DNA of 63,544 nucleotides, filler included, from Choristocarpus tenellus KU-1152 (lineage: Eukaryota; Protista; Phaeophyceae), in the NCBI GenBank assembly GCA_964200185.2. It is 5 parts of 5 records of this genome, joined end to end, with 100 filler letters (N's around TTAATTAATTAA, not from the genome) between each part and the next. Parts side by side here need not be neighbours in the genome. Positions count along the whole stretch, not along the records: positions 50,255 to 63,544 come from CAXNAD020001537.1; 4 more parts are not named here. One strand, written 5' to 3'. The position numbers and the translations under genes were made by a program. How positions within the stretch are numbered: position 1 is the first letter of the stretch; the number at the start of each line of letters is the position of its first letter. Positions 50,539-63,544 of this stretch are shown piece after piece. The notes beneath the pieces were generated by a model. The model was not told the DNA's origin and ran no database searches. It saw only the letters and a program-made list of their open reading frames with translations.

Positions 50539-52407
50539 ATGCTTTTGATGTCCTGATGCTTGGTCGTGCTAGGCAAACAGTTGAGCTATATAGGTCGTTT
50601 GATGCAGACCTGGTATTCGGTGCTGAAACTGCCTGCTCCCCCGATATTGGGGCAGCACTCCTACTAAGGCCCCTGCAAGTAGAGCAAGCTTCTCAGACCC
50701 TGGTACCCTTTCGCTTCCTCAACTCAGGTACATGACAGCTCTTGGTTATCGGAGCACGCATGTACTACTGTATTGCTTTTTACACAAAGAGGGAGTACTT
50801 TCCTATTTATGCAATTGACCTATTCTTGTGTGACGCTTTAGTTCTGTATCAGTTTATTTTAACAATCTAATCCCATCTTGCAATATCTCACATTACATCA
50901 ATGTCACTTTGTGGAATGCACTCGTTACAATAAATGCCAAGATAAATAGCACTTCGGAGAAGTTAAATATTCTAGGGGGTAAGACACATTGCCAGACAAG
51001 TGTATCCAATTTTTACTTCATGTGACACATAGGCTATCCCAATGGTGAAATAGACTGTCGCTGTTGGTACAATTCCCCCTACCCTCCTAGTCTTGCCGCG
51101 ATTCCTACCACCAAGCATACTAGGATGGATCTTAGATTGCCATGTTGGGAAATGGCAACTCTGAATAGTGGCGTACTTGCTGGAAAGCAAACAGTCTCAA
51201 TACTTGCTTCGTTTCATAGCTCATTATAGTCGAGTATAGACGTATCATTAGAAAATTGAACAGTAAGGTATATATATTGTATTGAATAGTAAACCTCTAC
51301 CCAACAAACAACCGTAAAAAACAAACAAAAGGAACATACATGGGCACAGCTTGGGCAATTAAAGCCATGCTGGAGGAGATCATCCAAGACCTTCAGCTTC
51401 ATCACACCACACAAGGAGCAGAACCTCAGGAAGTGGATGACCAAAGGTGGTTCACTCGCTTCTTCCTCCAGAACCAGGCACGACACCTTTACGAAAACTA
51501 TGCATCAGACTCATCCAACCTAGAGAGAGTGTTTCCTTAAGCTGTGAGGAACGCATTCCAGATGTAGTAGGATAAGTAACAATTGGGGGCAGCATTATAT
51601 CCCTGCAGAAGCAGAAGCGGGAGTATGAAAATGTACCTGCGAAGGCACTTCCCCCTAGGACCCTGTTCACTGAACCAATGCCTTTGCTGGTGCAAAACTA
51701 GGTTGAATGAAGTGTGCTGCATTTTAGTGCATTTTTTTTCTGTTATCACTTACGCTATCATCAATTCCAATGGCAATGATCCTGAATGTTGTAGTCGTGG
51801 ATGTGAAAATCCTCATGTGCTACAACAAGCCATCAAAATACATATATCAATCAACAGGTGCATAGCACTACAAAATCTTTAATTATGAGAATGTTGAGGA
51901 GCATGTAGGTTAGAGTCATGATGGTATCTAGTAGACCCCGATGAGGTGGTCTATGTATGTATATGTGTGTGTCTGTGTGTGCGTGTTGCCCTCACATTTT
52001 CGTTATTTTGGGGGAGATTCACTTGTGGAGCTCTATCCCGGCACCAAAAACGATACTGCAAATAATACTTTGCGGAAGAGTAGCAGTAGTATTAGAACCT
52101 TTCCAGGACTCCCACTGCTTAGCATTATGTATTTCGCTTGAATTGTTAGAGGGCTTTTTAACCACGAAAGCTCTTGGCCACATGGACACCAGGCCTCGCC
52201 AGGGATGACAACATCCAGCAATGGAGAAAAAAACACACACAGAATCGTTCTCGACCACTACGGATCGATCTTTCACACTCTTCATGGTGTCGATCCTTCC
52301 CTTCTGAGCGTTGAGTTGGGAGAGAAAGATGCAGAGGTGGCCAGTCAGCTAACAAGCTCAAAGCCATGTGTAATTCATGGAAACGGGGACTCAATGGAGC
52401 TGTTCAG
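50539..52407 (+). CDS. PLOD-type (procollagen lysyl hydroxylase N-terminal) glycosyltransferase domain protein, partial
   Basis: Exons 50539-50727, 51332-51477 (or -51528), 52193-52407; motifs DAFDV, LVFGAE..C.P, RFLNSGTYMG, DDQRWFT, LDH.G.IF, PCVIHGNG. The 5' part is missing; a possible last exon lies at 52977-53022. Confidence 0.8.
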
Positions 52408-52570
52408 GTGTGCCTAGCAAGTAACACCAGCTGTTGATAGCACAACACAAGACATTTTCTGTTGAACTAGATTGTTAAAACAAAAGGGGTCCCCGCCAAG
52501 GCTTTTAGCTGCAGTATGTCAACCACATGAGCAGATGTAGATGCTGTTTAAAATTACCTCCGTAGTTGAA

Positions 52571-52822
52571 GATTCAAATCATTTAAGAGGGTAGGGATGC
52601 GTCCATTTGGGGCCCAAAATCCAGTGTTGCGATTTTGATAAATTTTGACTATCGTGTTTGTTAGGGAGTGTCAATATCCTTGCTCCAGATACACCTTTCA
52701 TAGTCATAAACATTTTATGTAACTAAATTCACACAGAAAACCAAAAAAAGGGCATAAAAAAACGAGGGAAGCCAAGCTCCAAACCGACAAACAGCGCAAA
52801 ACTCCTACCCTCCTAATTTTTT
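52571..52822. mobile_element. MITE family, TIR subtype B, copy 5 (degenerate right end)
   Basis: CATTTAAGAGGGTAGG...ACTCCTACCCTC; internal homology with copy 4. Confidence 0.75.
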
Positions 52823-53343
52823 GTTATCTATGGTTGGACTGGGGCTCTAGTGTTTGGAACAATGAGTACACTCACTCTAACTCCTTCAAGCCAAGGGCGA
52901 AGTTGCCATGTTGTGAAAAGATGAGGTACTTAACCTGGTGTTTACCGAGTCTTCTTTTAGTCTTGGCGCCCTGTAGGTTGCAGGAACACCCTTTTCATTC
53001 CATGTCTTTTCTCAGGAAATAAAGACATCCAAAACTTGCTTATATACGGTAAAGGTCTGGAATGATCTTGGGTATCTTACAGTATATGGGAAGCCTAGGC
53101 CCCTCATTAGCACCAGCTCATTCCTGTTGATTGCTCAGAGGGTGAAATCGAGAAGGCACTACACCCCTCTGCCTTGATTCTCAATGTTTTCATCCAGCAC
53201 ACCAAACAATACATAGGAATACTTCAAATGAACGACAAGTAACTGTCTCTGTTGACTTGACATGACATGGTCATTGTCCTATATATCTTGATATAGAGTA
53301 AAAACATACTTTGAGGTGTATTTGTGTACCTAATCATGCGGTA

Positions 53344-53630
53344 GAGGGAGAGTATCTTAGAGGGTACAGCCGCATCCATTTGGAGACCAATATCCAATTT
53401 TGCGATTTTGATGTAATTTTTCCTATTGTGTTTGTGAGGAAGTGTCAACATCCTTGTTCCAGACACACCTTTTCATAGTTCTTTCTATACATGAAACCCA
53501 CTCCAAAAAAGCATAAATTTTACCAATTCCGAAACGTTTTGGAATAGGAGAATGTCTTAAAAATCGGTGGGAAGCCAAGCCCCAAATGACAAACAGGGCA
53601 AAAATCGTACCCTCTAAGATACTTTTACTC
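53344..53630. mobile_element. MITE family A, copy 6
   Basis: AGTATCTTAGAGGGTAC...GTACCCTCTAAGATACTTTTACTC. Confidence 0.85.
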
Positions 53631-56600
53631 ATGTATCTGAAATAATTTCCATCTATTGCTGATCAACCACAAACGTGCCCTGTCAGTTAAAGAACAAAAT
53701 GCATTTATACAACGGCATTTCCCCTATGTCCGTTCTGTGTATTGCACTGTTGTGGTGGACCAGGTATCTTGCACGGGAACTATCTAGGCAAGGATGGCCA
53801 CTACCGCAATGAAAAAGAAGGAACAATAGTTTCTATTAATTCAGGGTTCGCTTCAGGTTGGGTCAAAACAGCTTGTTTCATCAGTGCACCCAGCTCGTCT
53901 TGTGCTGGTTTCATCAGTGCATGTCACCCTCCTATTGTTTGCATCCATTGTGTGTATCACATTGTATTAATAGTCTGTGGTTGCTCTTTTGGATCCAGTG
54001 TAAATGGTCTGGGGCACCGATTTTTAATGTCTGCAACTGACTATCTTGAGAAATAGAGAGAGAAAGAACGAGCTCTTTGCCAAGATACTCTACCCTACCT
54101 TTCAAGAGCAGTCTACAAGTCCACAGCAGAGTCCATTATATATCAAATAGGAAGGCATACTCAAAACTCGCAAATACAAGAGCATCTAGTCCAGTATTGG
54201 TCCACCATTCTGTACACATAATCCTACAGGTGGTACTACCATTTTATAGAGTAATGTTAAGTATTTAGTGTGATATCAAGAATTAATATGTGTCCTATTC
54301 AAGGGACAGAAAGGCGAGCCAAGGTGGGTAGCGCAATGATCTACCTCAGATACCAGAACTGAAACAGGGCAACCTTCTTCAAGCTATACTACCTGATATC
54401 TTTGGGTTGTGGATTGGAATGTGTCAGCAATGTCGAGGTTGAAGTCTGAAAAGGTTTTACTGCCTATAGATAACAAGTGAGAAGGCTCATAGGGTTTGCA
54501 AAAGCTGATTAAGAACACTGATCGAGGAGAGGGTCTATTGCATCTGCAACAAGTTAGTATCACAAGAGACCACCCTGTTGGCAAAAGGATCCTACTACCT
54601 TCCACTCTGTCCTAAGTGGTTGTATATTGTATTTATAATATTATGCTTCCACTGAGGCAACCTACAAGAGCACTTGCATGCGTTTCGATCTTACATCCTA
54701 GAGGAACAATCGTACAGGGAGGCAGAGCAAGAGAAAATAAAAAACATGTAGGGACGAGATTGGGACAGAGGGGATCAACCAATTGAATGCAGTGACATAT
54801 CAAGGGCCCTTCGTCACCTTTCTCAACTACTGAGTAATCGCTAATGGGAAGAGCAGGAGTCAGGTACGTTATAGCAAAAACTAAACCTAGCTTATAGAGT
54901 CATACAATCTCTAACCTGTAATCATGGTGGAAGGTCCTAAATGCAGCAGGTACCTGTAAGGTATTTAAGGCTACATCACAGTGAACCGCGCACCGGCAGG
55001 TGAGACATTTGATATCATTACGAGATAATATATGTTGCCAGGATCTCTCCGAAGAACCATGAACAAGGTACAAGTTGCACTTTAAAAATAAAACTATAGA
55101 TACGCAAAGGAAAGCAGACAGAAAATGATTCAAGAAACAATAGGCTGGTCTAAAAGTGCATGCCAACTAAAATCACTTCAGATATTTCAGGTGCAGTCAG
55201 TGCTTGTTGAACTACGCACCAATTTCTGTGTAGGGAGGGAAAGAGAACAATATTCACACCCAAATGGACAGTGCATGCAAGTGTAATGCAAATGTTATAT
55301 AATGTAAACATATACATGCACACCTCAGATAACATAGTGCTCAACTCTACTTTGCCCCAGAATCACTCAATCAGATCTGGTGGGCAATGCATATTGTCAG
55401 GACAGCACTAGTTTCCATTTGCTCTGTATGTCTGTTGCCCGCGCAACTCTCAGCCCAATTTTATCCATAACATCAGTTTTCCAACCGCGCTCAGGGTCAT
55501 TTCCTCTGCCAAGTCCATGGTCCAGGACGATTACTCAACGCCATTTTCTCCATGGTGTCAGTTATCGTGCAGAACACAGGAACATTATACCTTAAATGAT
55601 TGGCACAGAATGCTTGTATGGGTGCTCTCGTTCGGTGCAGACACACTCCTTGCCTTTCCTGCTGCCTCTGTCTTGCTACTCGGTAAGTGCTGGCTTGATC
55701 TTTGATCTCCTAAAAACTTTTCACTGCAGAAGAAACCGTGTTATGAATCATAGGAATTGAATAATCGAAGATAGCCAGCACATCGAAAGCCAAGGGGTAT
55801 TATTAGATTGGTTATTTTATCTGGCCTATGCACGTGGTGGGCACCACTTGAGGAGACCCCCATGGAGCTCAACGCTTCACGTACCTTTGTTTATGGTTGT
55901 GGGCATGTTCGGTTCTGCGTACGTTAAAGTCCTTAGTCATTTCTTTTTTTTACACTAACCAAAAATCTTTCGATCCATCTCATTTTTAAAAAGGAGTGGT
56001 CGTAGAAGTGTATCTATTAGTTTTATTATGATGTTATAGTCAAGAATATGTTCTGAAGACGGGTCGAGAGAATTTAGATGAACTGTTTCTGTGTCCCAGT
56101 CCTGTTACAAACATTTTTTGTTAAGGCCGGGCAGGATCATTGAACAAGATTAGAGGTTGGATCCTGTGTAACTTCCTGACTCAATATAAAGTCTTTGCCC
56201 CCTTTAGTAGAATACAAATATGTTACAATTTGGGTAGTATATTGGACCTTTTCCTTTACGAAGAGCACCAGACAGATATATATTTGAGTATCAGGGTTCA
56301 GAATAGATATATGAGCACGACATCTTCATCTATGTGCATATGCAATTAGTTGCAACATATTATGACGGTGAGAGAAGTGGGCAAGAGAGTTGGAACAAGA
56401 CAAGCAACAAGAGAGAAACAGGAATGGGAAGGACTGTGCCATCAATGGGGGGAGGCATCCGCACCAGAATGTGCATCACACCATATCTGTGCGTGATGTG
56501 GAGTCCAGCATGTAGTACTATCATGGAGATTACCTTAACATCAGGTATGCTACACCAAGTAGAAGAACAAGCAGGCAGAGGGCTCTGAATTTGTCGCTTG

Positions 56601-56931
56601 TCTGTCAATGAGCATGGATTCAGTACACATGCTATACCCAAAGCGCTGCAAGCTAATATAATTGAGAGCGGGGAGTGTTTTGACCGTTTTGCGTTTCAAG
56701 GGACTTTCAAAGATGTCCAAAGAGAAGACAAGACATTCGAAAAAGGGCGTCGATAAGGATAACTCACTTCTGCAAACTAAATATAACCACATAACAGTCA
56801 AAACATATTCCACATCTGTGGACTGATTGCTCAAAAACATGTACCACCCCAGAAGGTCAGAGGGGCCTAAAAATTCAACACCTCTCTCTCAGTTATTTTA
56901 TTCTATACCCTAACCCGTCGGAGTCCATTCC

Positions 56932-57198
56932 TCACGTCATTTTTGTTGTCAGGACAACATCCATAATCATTTGGTGTTCCATGTGCATCCATTGTTCAGG
57001 ATACCTTAGACCGCTTATCTTTTGTCCAGGAAAACACTTGAGACCGCTTGCTGTACAACATCCGTTGACAAGAGTACACTTGAGCCTACTTGTTGTAATA
57101 ACGCCTCTTCGTGAGCACATTTGCTCTGTGTTTTCGGTTGTCCAGAGAATTAGCCATCGACAACACGGAATATTGAGCTTTGTTTTTTCTAGTGCCAC
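56932..57198 (-). pseudogene. Degenerate EsV-1-7-like repeat relic
   Basis: KCTLVNGCCTASGLKCFPGQK...RY...H...MDVV resembles C..GC...F..PG.K..YC..H...M.DV. Confidence 0.35.
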
Positions 57199-59329
57199 GC
57201 TGTCTCAAGTGTGCGTACATTCATAGACTTGAATCTTAAAAACACAGCAAAATGTGAAGGAGTACTCAATTGCTGTTGTCCTATACCTGTTGCCATTACT
57301 GTTCATCACTAATCTCTCTGGTGATAGGGTGTCAAAAATGATCATTCATTCGTATATAACATTGCAATTATGGACATACTGACATTTTGTTGCAGTGCGC
57401 TCCATAGCTTACCTCCAAGGGATGTATAGCTCCAGTCCACAAGGCCTACAGATGGCGCTGATGCACGTACAGGACTCCTGATGCACAAGTCGTCAAGTAT
57501 GCTGGACTTGTATTCTTAGACGCCCAAAATCTTCCACCACAAACGAGTTGAGGTTTAAGTTGCAAGGATGGTAAAAAGACCTATTATATTGTTGATTTCT
57601 TCCTACATAATGCCATTTTTTTTAAAGCACAGTTGCTGCTATAAATCTAGACGAGAAGCGCTCATCAGGAGGATAGTGGTCTAGGTTGCAAGGGGAAAGA
57701 AACTCCAGAGAAGTCTGCCATACACCCCACCTGGCCCAGCAGTCAGACAAAGGTCTCCAGGCAGAAGCATGCGAATTAATATGACAATACTAGCTACTTG
57801 CATCATCACGGACACAATTTCGCGCATGCAAACCTTCACTGTACCACTGTTCATTTCTACCACCCACCCCTGCCATCCTACTTCGCAAAACATGTAAACG
57901 ATAATGCGACCTCACCTTCAACATTGTTTTCCTCTTGATGCTGCAATACTTCGGAAAATGGGCAAAGTTACTGTGAATTGAGCGTGGTGGTATGTATGTT
58001 GTTGGATTGAAGAGGAAGGCACTTTGATGGAGCTTCCTTTACTCACAGTAAAGATCGATTTCATGCTGCAGGTAAAGTTAAGGTCTCTTCAATCCTGGGT
58101 ATGATTGTAGAGAAGATATTTTATCTGGAGCATGTTCGTGATGATGTGGATAGTTCAGGCATCTGGAGAGTATCACTGTCATTGCTCCTTATATCAGAAG
58201 CACAAAGGGGGTAGGTTTGTCTCAATAGTGCCTGCCAAGAGTTTGTGATTCAAAATATATACATAAACTGAGAGGTGGAAATAACAGGTTGAATAGCATC
58301 AAGTACATTGTGGAAAATGTTCCCCTATTTCAACCACCTCCACAACATTGAAATAGGCCCTCCCTGGTTTTCCTTGCCTTTGTGACGTGAAAGAACTCCT
58401 CACATACTCATACATAATAAAAAGGTGATCAAAATGTTACTTATACGGCAAGCAGAAGCGGCATTTTACACAGTCTTGCCATTTCCCTTTGCTGTCTCTC
58501 GACAAATGGATTGACTCCGATTTAAGACATATGTCTGGATTATTTCACCTACAAGTCGAAGAAAATTGTGAACCTATTCATGTTGTATACACATTACAAT
58601 TATACCACCTATATCTATACTGTACCTACTGGAAGGATTTGTGAGTATGCTGATCAACTTCTCACTGTCGTTTGGCCTACTTCTGTTATCTCTGATTTGT
58701 AGTTACTATTTTGATCCACAACATTCAGTCAACATTTCATACTTTGCCTCATTCTTCGAAGCTTGAAGCTATTGCACAGTCATCTGTTGCTCCATAGAGA
58801 CAACCCAGACCTTATCTGCTGATCGGTTTAAACGTTGATCAGAGAGAGAGAGAACTTTTGAAGCATATCCTATCATAGGTACTCTTGTCGTGTGGTAGCC
58901 TATACTAAAATATTCCAAGCTTGAGTTAGGTGCACTGGATACTACTATTGCAGCCTACAAGAGAATATCGACAAGAGTCGCATGAACCAGATAACCTTTT
59001 GTTCAACGACGACTCAAATCAATTTTGAACTAACAGGAGTGGAGGGAAGATTGATACGAGAAAGATAAGGAGACCAATATCAGTCAAGCAAGGTAGAATA
59101 TAAACCAGGCCCCATCCACGTAAATGCATAAAACTGACATCAAGAACCCATGCCCACAGCAAGCAACAGAGTACAAGACTCCGCTCTACTACCACAGGTC
59201 ACACTTGCCAACACCTATATAAATAAACATCTTAAAGTAACATCAGAGATACCAAGCAATTTTGATATGTCCGGTAGCGACTACCCTACCCACGGTACTT
59301 GTCGGCTGGATACTCAGCAACAGCCAAAC

Positions 59330-61380
59330 AAGTATATGACACCGTCCAAAACTTGTGTGGTGCCATCTCATCAATCGATCTTTGAGAACCAGGGGAGAAA
59401 CTCAACTAACATCTTTTTCCCTAGCTTCTTTGTCGCAGAGTCATTGTCGAGGCAATTCATCTATGGGATTGTAATAGTCTCCAAGAAACCACGCCGCTGC
59501 CGCATTCTTCCCGATGTGTCCTTGCCGTAGCATATCTTCTGTGGAACTATCCCACCTGGAACCCTTCAACCAGCGCCTTGTCTCCATAGTGTCATTGTCT
59601 TGGCACATCACTTTCGACCTATCTAAGTCTCCCAGGGAAGCAATCCGCTGGTGCCTTCTTCTGGTGCCTGTTCATGACGTGTGTCATGAGGATAGCGTCA
59701 TTGGAAACGTTCATGAAGCTCTGTCGACAGACCTGGATCGGGTATTTATCTGAAAATTAAGATGAGTTGATGCGTCAAGAATTTGTCCTACTATACGATA
59801 CACCAACCGGTAAAATAGGTTTTGCCGACACATCTTGTTCCGATCATACTTGTAGTTCAGACATTTTTTGACCTTCTGACCCATTTGAAGGTCTCAATCA
59901 CATTTAAGATCGATCGATCGCATTATCTCCTGAATATAGTTTAACAGTTGCATCGAGGCAGGTTATTGTTGATGGTTGACAACCGTGAGTAGAAATTCAA
60001 AACTTTTTCGCGTAGGACAGGGTTTCAGCATCAACCTGCGATTCGATTACCTGGCAAATGATGTTGCATGCTGCAGCGTTGATGGCACGCTGTGAAGACT
60101 CTTTACCCTGAGGTTTCTTCTTCTTTTCGTTTCTTGACCGAGCGAAGGCCGCCTTTTGTCCATTTCCGCCACCCATCGTTGACGAGATGGTCGGAGAAGG
60201 TCACTCCCTACGAATTTGTAGGTAGGAGTTCAGGAAAGGGACAACTACAATGTAACCAATGTGGTTGTGTGGAAAGGGTGGGAGGAAAAGTTCATGTTAT
60301 ATGGATTTTGTTGTGGAGAATCGATGATGTCTTAAGTTGTGCGAACCTATCCTCTATGAATAGGCGGAATGCTTCCTAAAAAATCCTCCTTTTTATTCGG
60401 CTTCGACATCTACCCTTCTTACCACTCTTGTATGAATATTTAAAGGTATAGTAATATAGATAAAAGTGTTCGTAACCTTGATTTGTGCTGTTTTTATTGA
60501 ATGTACACATGACTAATCTGCAAATAATAAATATATATCTTAATGCCTCAAAAATCGACTCATTAGTTTTTTCCCCTACAACATCTGGAAAAAGTAAAAT
60601 AATATAATTCAATATTTGAAGGACAATTGTAATAGTCAAAGTTTGGTAAATGTCAAAGATATCTCTCTATATATTCTATTTACAATTTGACTATTAAATA
60701 TATTATATTGCATTAAGATTTTGAAACTACATACATCCACATCAACCAGTCATTTCTTTGCTTTATCATATTAAGTGAAATGTTGTTCATTAGCACTTCG
60801 TGGACTTTTTTAGGGATTGGATATACGAAAATGAAAAATATTTTCGGAGAGATCTTCTATTCATACCATAGTTTCGAGAGTTCTCCGAGCAAATTGTTGT
60901 CAAAGAATCAACTTTGAGAAACAGATGATTCCTACCACTCTCACTTCTATGTATGGATTTTTATAGTATTGATTATAACTGGGTACCATCATAGAATATA
61001 ATGTTTAACAGAAATCTCTGATTTAGCCCCAAACAATTTTCGGCCCAACGATTTATAGATTCCTGGAACGATGACTTGAAGGATATGGACATGTCCCTCA
61101 CATCCTTGAAACAGTTGCATAAATATTTTGAAACTACATGCATCCACATCAAAATATTTTTTTATCAGAGTATCCCACAGCAGCAGTCATTTCTTTACTT
61201 TGTCATGGTTAATTGGTTGTGAATAACCACTTCCTGAACTTTTTTAGGGTTTGGAGAAAGGAACATAAACATCATTTTTCAAAGAAGATTTTCTATTCAC
61301 AACATAATTTGAAGAGTTCTCCGAGCAAATTGTTGTTGAAGATACAACTTTGGAGGAGCAGATGCTTCCTACCAGTCTAA
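59330..61380 (-). pseudogene. Decayed ankyrin-like repeat coding relics (possibly virus-derived), including a ~230-250-bp direct duplication
   Basis: Stop-ridden translations IASLGDL...RWLKGSRWDSST...GHI and FRKWLF...MTAAV...ILMWMH; duplicated blocks 60721-60936 and 61128-61374. Confidence 0.3.
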
Positions 61381-62184
61381 TTTTCTTTTTGTTGACTTAC
61401 AAAATTTATACGAACCAGAAGAGTAGAGTTCTTTTCTCAGGAGATTCGAAAATTTCCATTAAAACCTTGAATTTTGTAAGTAAGATTCTCGTTAGTATTT
61501 TTAGTGGGTAACAAACACACACATTCAAGGTCTTAGTTCTATGTGAAGGAAATGGAAGAGTGCGTCAACCTCAACCAATCATCAACTAACCCTAACCATA
61601 TATAGCTTAAAGAACATTGATGTAATGGAAGTAGAAGTAGAATATAAATGTGTAATACAAGTACATCAAAGTTACCCCACTCCGCCAAACACATTTTCCT
61701 GTTATCTGGATAACCATAAAAGTGGTATAGTACCATCATCTTGTTGGTTGTTGGACGTTATTTCCTGAATGAACTTCGCCCGTTCAAACCCCATTAATAC
61801 CAGACTTCTTTTCGTGGAAATCTCGCATCGCTTAGATGTTGGTGTACAACCTCTACCAACTGTACATCTGAACTATTCTGTTGCTTTACCTCAATAACAA
61901 TAGATCAGGAACAAGGTGAAGACTTCATTGTGTGAAGCAACACCCTGGTATGCTCAGCACAAGATTTGAGAGAGGAGAAACGACTTGCAGTGGGATGGCT
62001 TAGGCCGAGATGGAGAAGCAAATAACAGAGGAAGTACAATCACACCTCTTGTCATAGTTCAAAAACATTTATAAACATTGGTGGTATATGAAATAGTATA
62101 GTAGTGTGTAGTCTCTAACTAAAGGTCGGGATAGTCCCCAGGTTATTATATTATAGTGAAGATAGCACTAATCCTATTTATTGC

Positions 62185-63050
62185 CAACTGACATTTTGCA
62201 GATGTGTCGGGGGAGGGAAAAAAAGAGATCATCAATATTGTAACACAACTTTGAAAACAATAGTTGTCATTATTGCTAAGATAATCCCCTTAAGAACTGT
62301 ATCTCATAAAAAAAATAAAATGCTAACACAACAATGTCCCCTGAGAGATTGTCCTCTACCAACCAATACCCCTCAGGCATGTTCTCTGCGTGGCCCTAAG
62401 GAAGTGGGCAAGTAGCTAGGGAAGAATCCCAACAAGATGCCAGGCCCCTTCATGCCCACCTGCCCAATGTCTCTAGCTTGATATACATGGCATGTCTCGA
62501 AGGAGGTACTGGTGCAGCGAGGGAATCAACCTATCTATGTTGAACGAGTCTTGGCAGCCCCTTTACGACAATAACCCAAACTCATTTTCACCCCTACCGC
62601 ATCAGTCACATCAATTTAGGAATCTCTATGCTTCCGTACTGAGTCTCCCAAAAATTTCCACGGCGGAAGTGTTGAGGTTATTATGACTACGAGGGTCAAA
62701 AGATTCCTGTAGTGGGTGCATTTCTCTTCACACCTCTCCTATGGCAGCACCAACACCATTCCTGGAGGATGAGTGGGTGAGTTGCCAAGCTTCCTAAACC
62801 TCTGCAAAAGTTCCTTCCAGAAGCCTTTGTTACGGCAGGGGTTGAAGTCCGCCTCAGACAGGACTCCATGATGAAACACCACATCCATGGGGAAGTAAGT
62901 CTCTATCACCGTGAACGGATTGCGATCCCTCATTGTGCAAGGGATGTCGTTTCTCTTGTAGAATTCGCCTAGTTGTTTGATCGTAGGAGTATGCTGACTG
63001 ACCCGTCCTACGGCCTTAGGGCAAGTGTAGGCAGGCATTGTATGTACATT
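62185..63050 (-). mobile_element. Diverged CRE-like (RLE) non-LTR retrotransposon copy
   Basis: AYTCPK...SQHTPTIKQLG...PCTM...PMDVVFH, K..HY; 3'UTR ctgacattttgcagatgtgtc at about 62188. Confidence 0.65.
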
Positions 63051-63544
63051 TTGTGCTACAGGCGATGACTCTCAATGGCAGTTCGTAAATGTCACTATGA
63101 GCTCGAAGTCCTAGAAGTTAGAAGTTGTGTCTCTTGAATTTTTATTTCTTATTTAGTTAATGTGAGACAGCTCATTTGCCATAACTCTCTCTTTTTATAC
63201 ATCAATCAAATCATAAAGTGAATAACTTAAAGTTCAACATCCAGTATATTTGATTTTATATTTTTATTATGTGGCACCATCTTCGAGCCTCATCATCAGC
63301 CTAAAGACCTCTTTGGATTGGGGCTACATTCCCCATCTGGGTAAGGTGCTGGTAGCGTTTGTAACACTTGCCTCCTGCACCTTGCCACCACGAATCAGTT
63401 TGACAAGGCCTCCTCTCTCCCTAGAGACCTACTGGCGATGTGACAAAACTCCACAGGGGAAATCTGCTTGTTGGCTTTAAGGGGGGTATGGTAGTCCATG
63501 CATCGGTCCCTTGGCCACACTAGAGCCAGTGAGGAACTCCCCCC

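Noticed and set aside
42634-52407. Glycosylation gene cluster (GT60 + PLOD-like GT)
   Set aside because: The genes are separated by an artificial linker and lie on different contigs
60376-61100. HNH-AP2 homing endonuclease relic
   Set aside because: Motif resemblance is inconsistent between the two duplicated blocks and between strands

Overview
Eukaryotic nuclear DNA, most likely a brown alga (Phaeophyceae). The evidence is a stramenopile-type actin, EsV-1-7 repeats, TTAGGG seeds and brown-algal-type TEs. Strong CpG depletion outside promoters suggests a lineage that retains DNA methylation (inference). The window is five contigs joined by artificial 100-bp linkers (N44-TTAATTAATTAA-N44), so adjacency across gaps is not biological. 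Genes reconstructed by hand from GT-AG sites and phase: (1) a 6+-exon STN1-like CST subunit (OB fold plus winged helix) spread over 230-10631 (-) that the ORF track shows only in pieces, with introns seeded by telomeric repeats; (2) a divergently transcribed EsV-1-7-domain protein (12278-15102 +); (3) a low-complexity hypothetical gene with a homopolymer frameshift; (4) a complete 3-exon actin (376 aa), head-to-head with (5) an 8-exon GT60/GlcNAc-transferase (572 aa); (6) a partial RNI-like LRR gene; (7) a partial PLOD-type glycosyltransferase. Repeats: a ~260-bp MITE family (6 copies, two TIR subtypes, 3-bp TSD), a sister terminus family at contig ends, a decayed DD39D mariner, CRE-like RLE non-LTR retrotransposon fragments with (TAA)n tails, RTE/LINE relics, mini- and microsatellites, and a possible decayed virus-like tract (EsV-1-7/ankyrin relics) at ~57-61 kb. 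All counts and alignments were done by eye.
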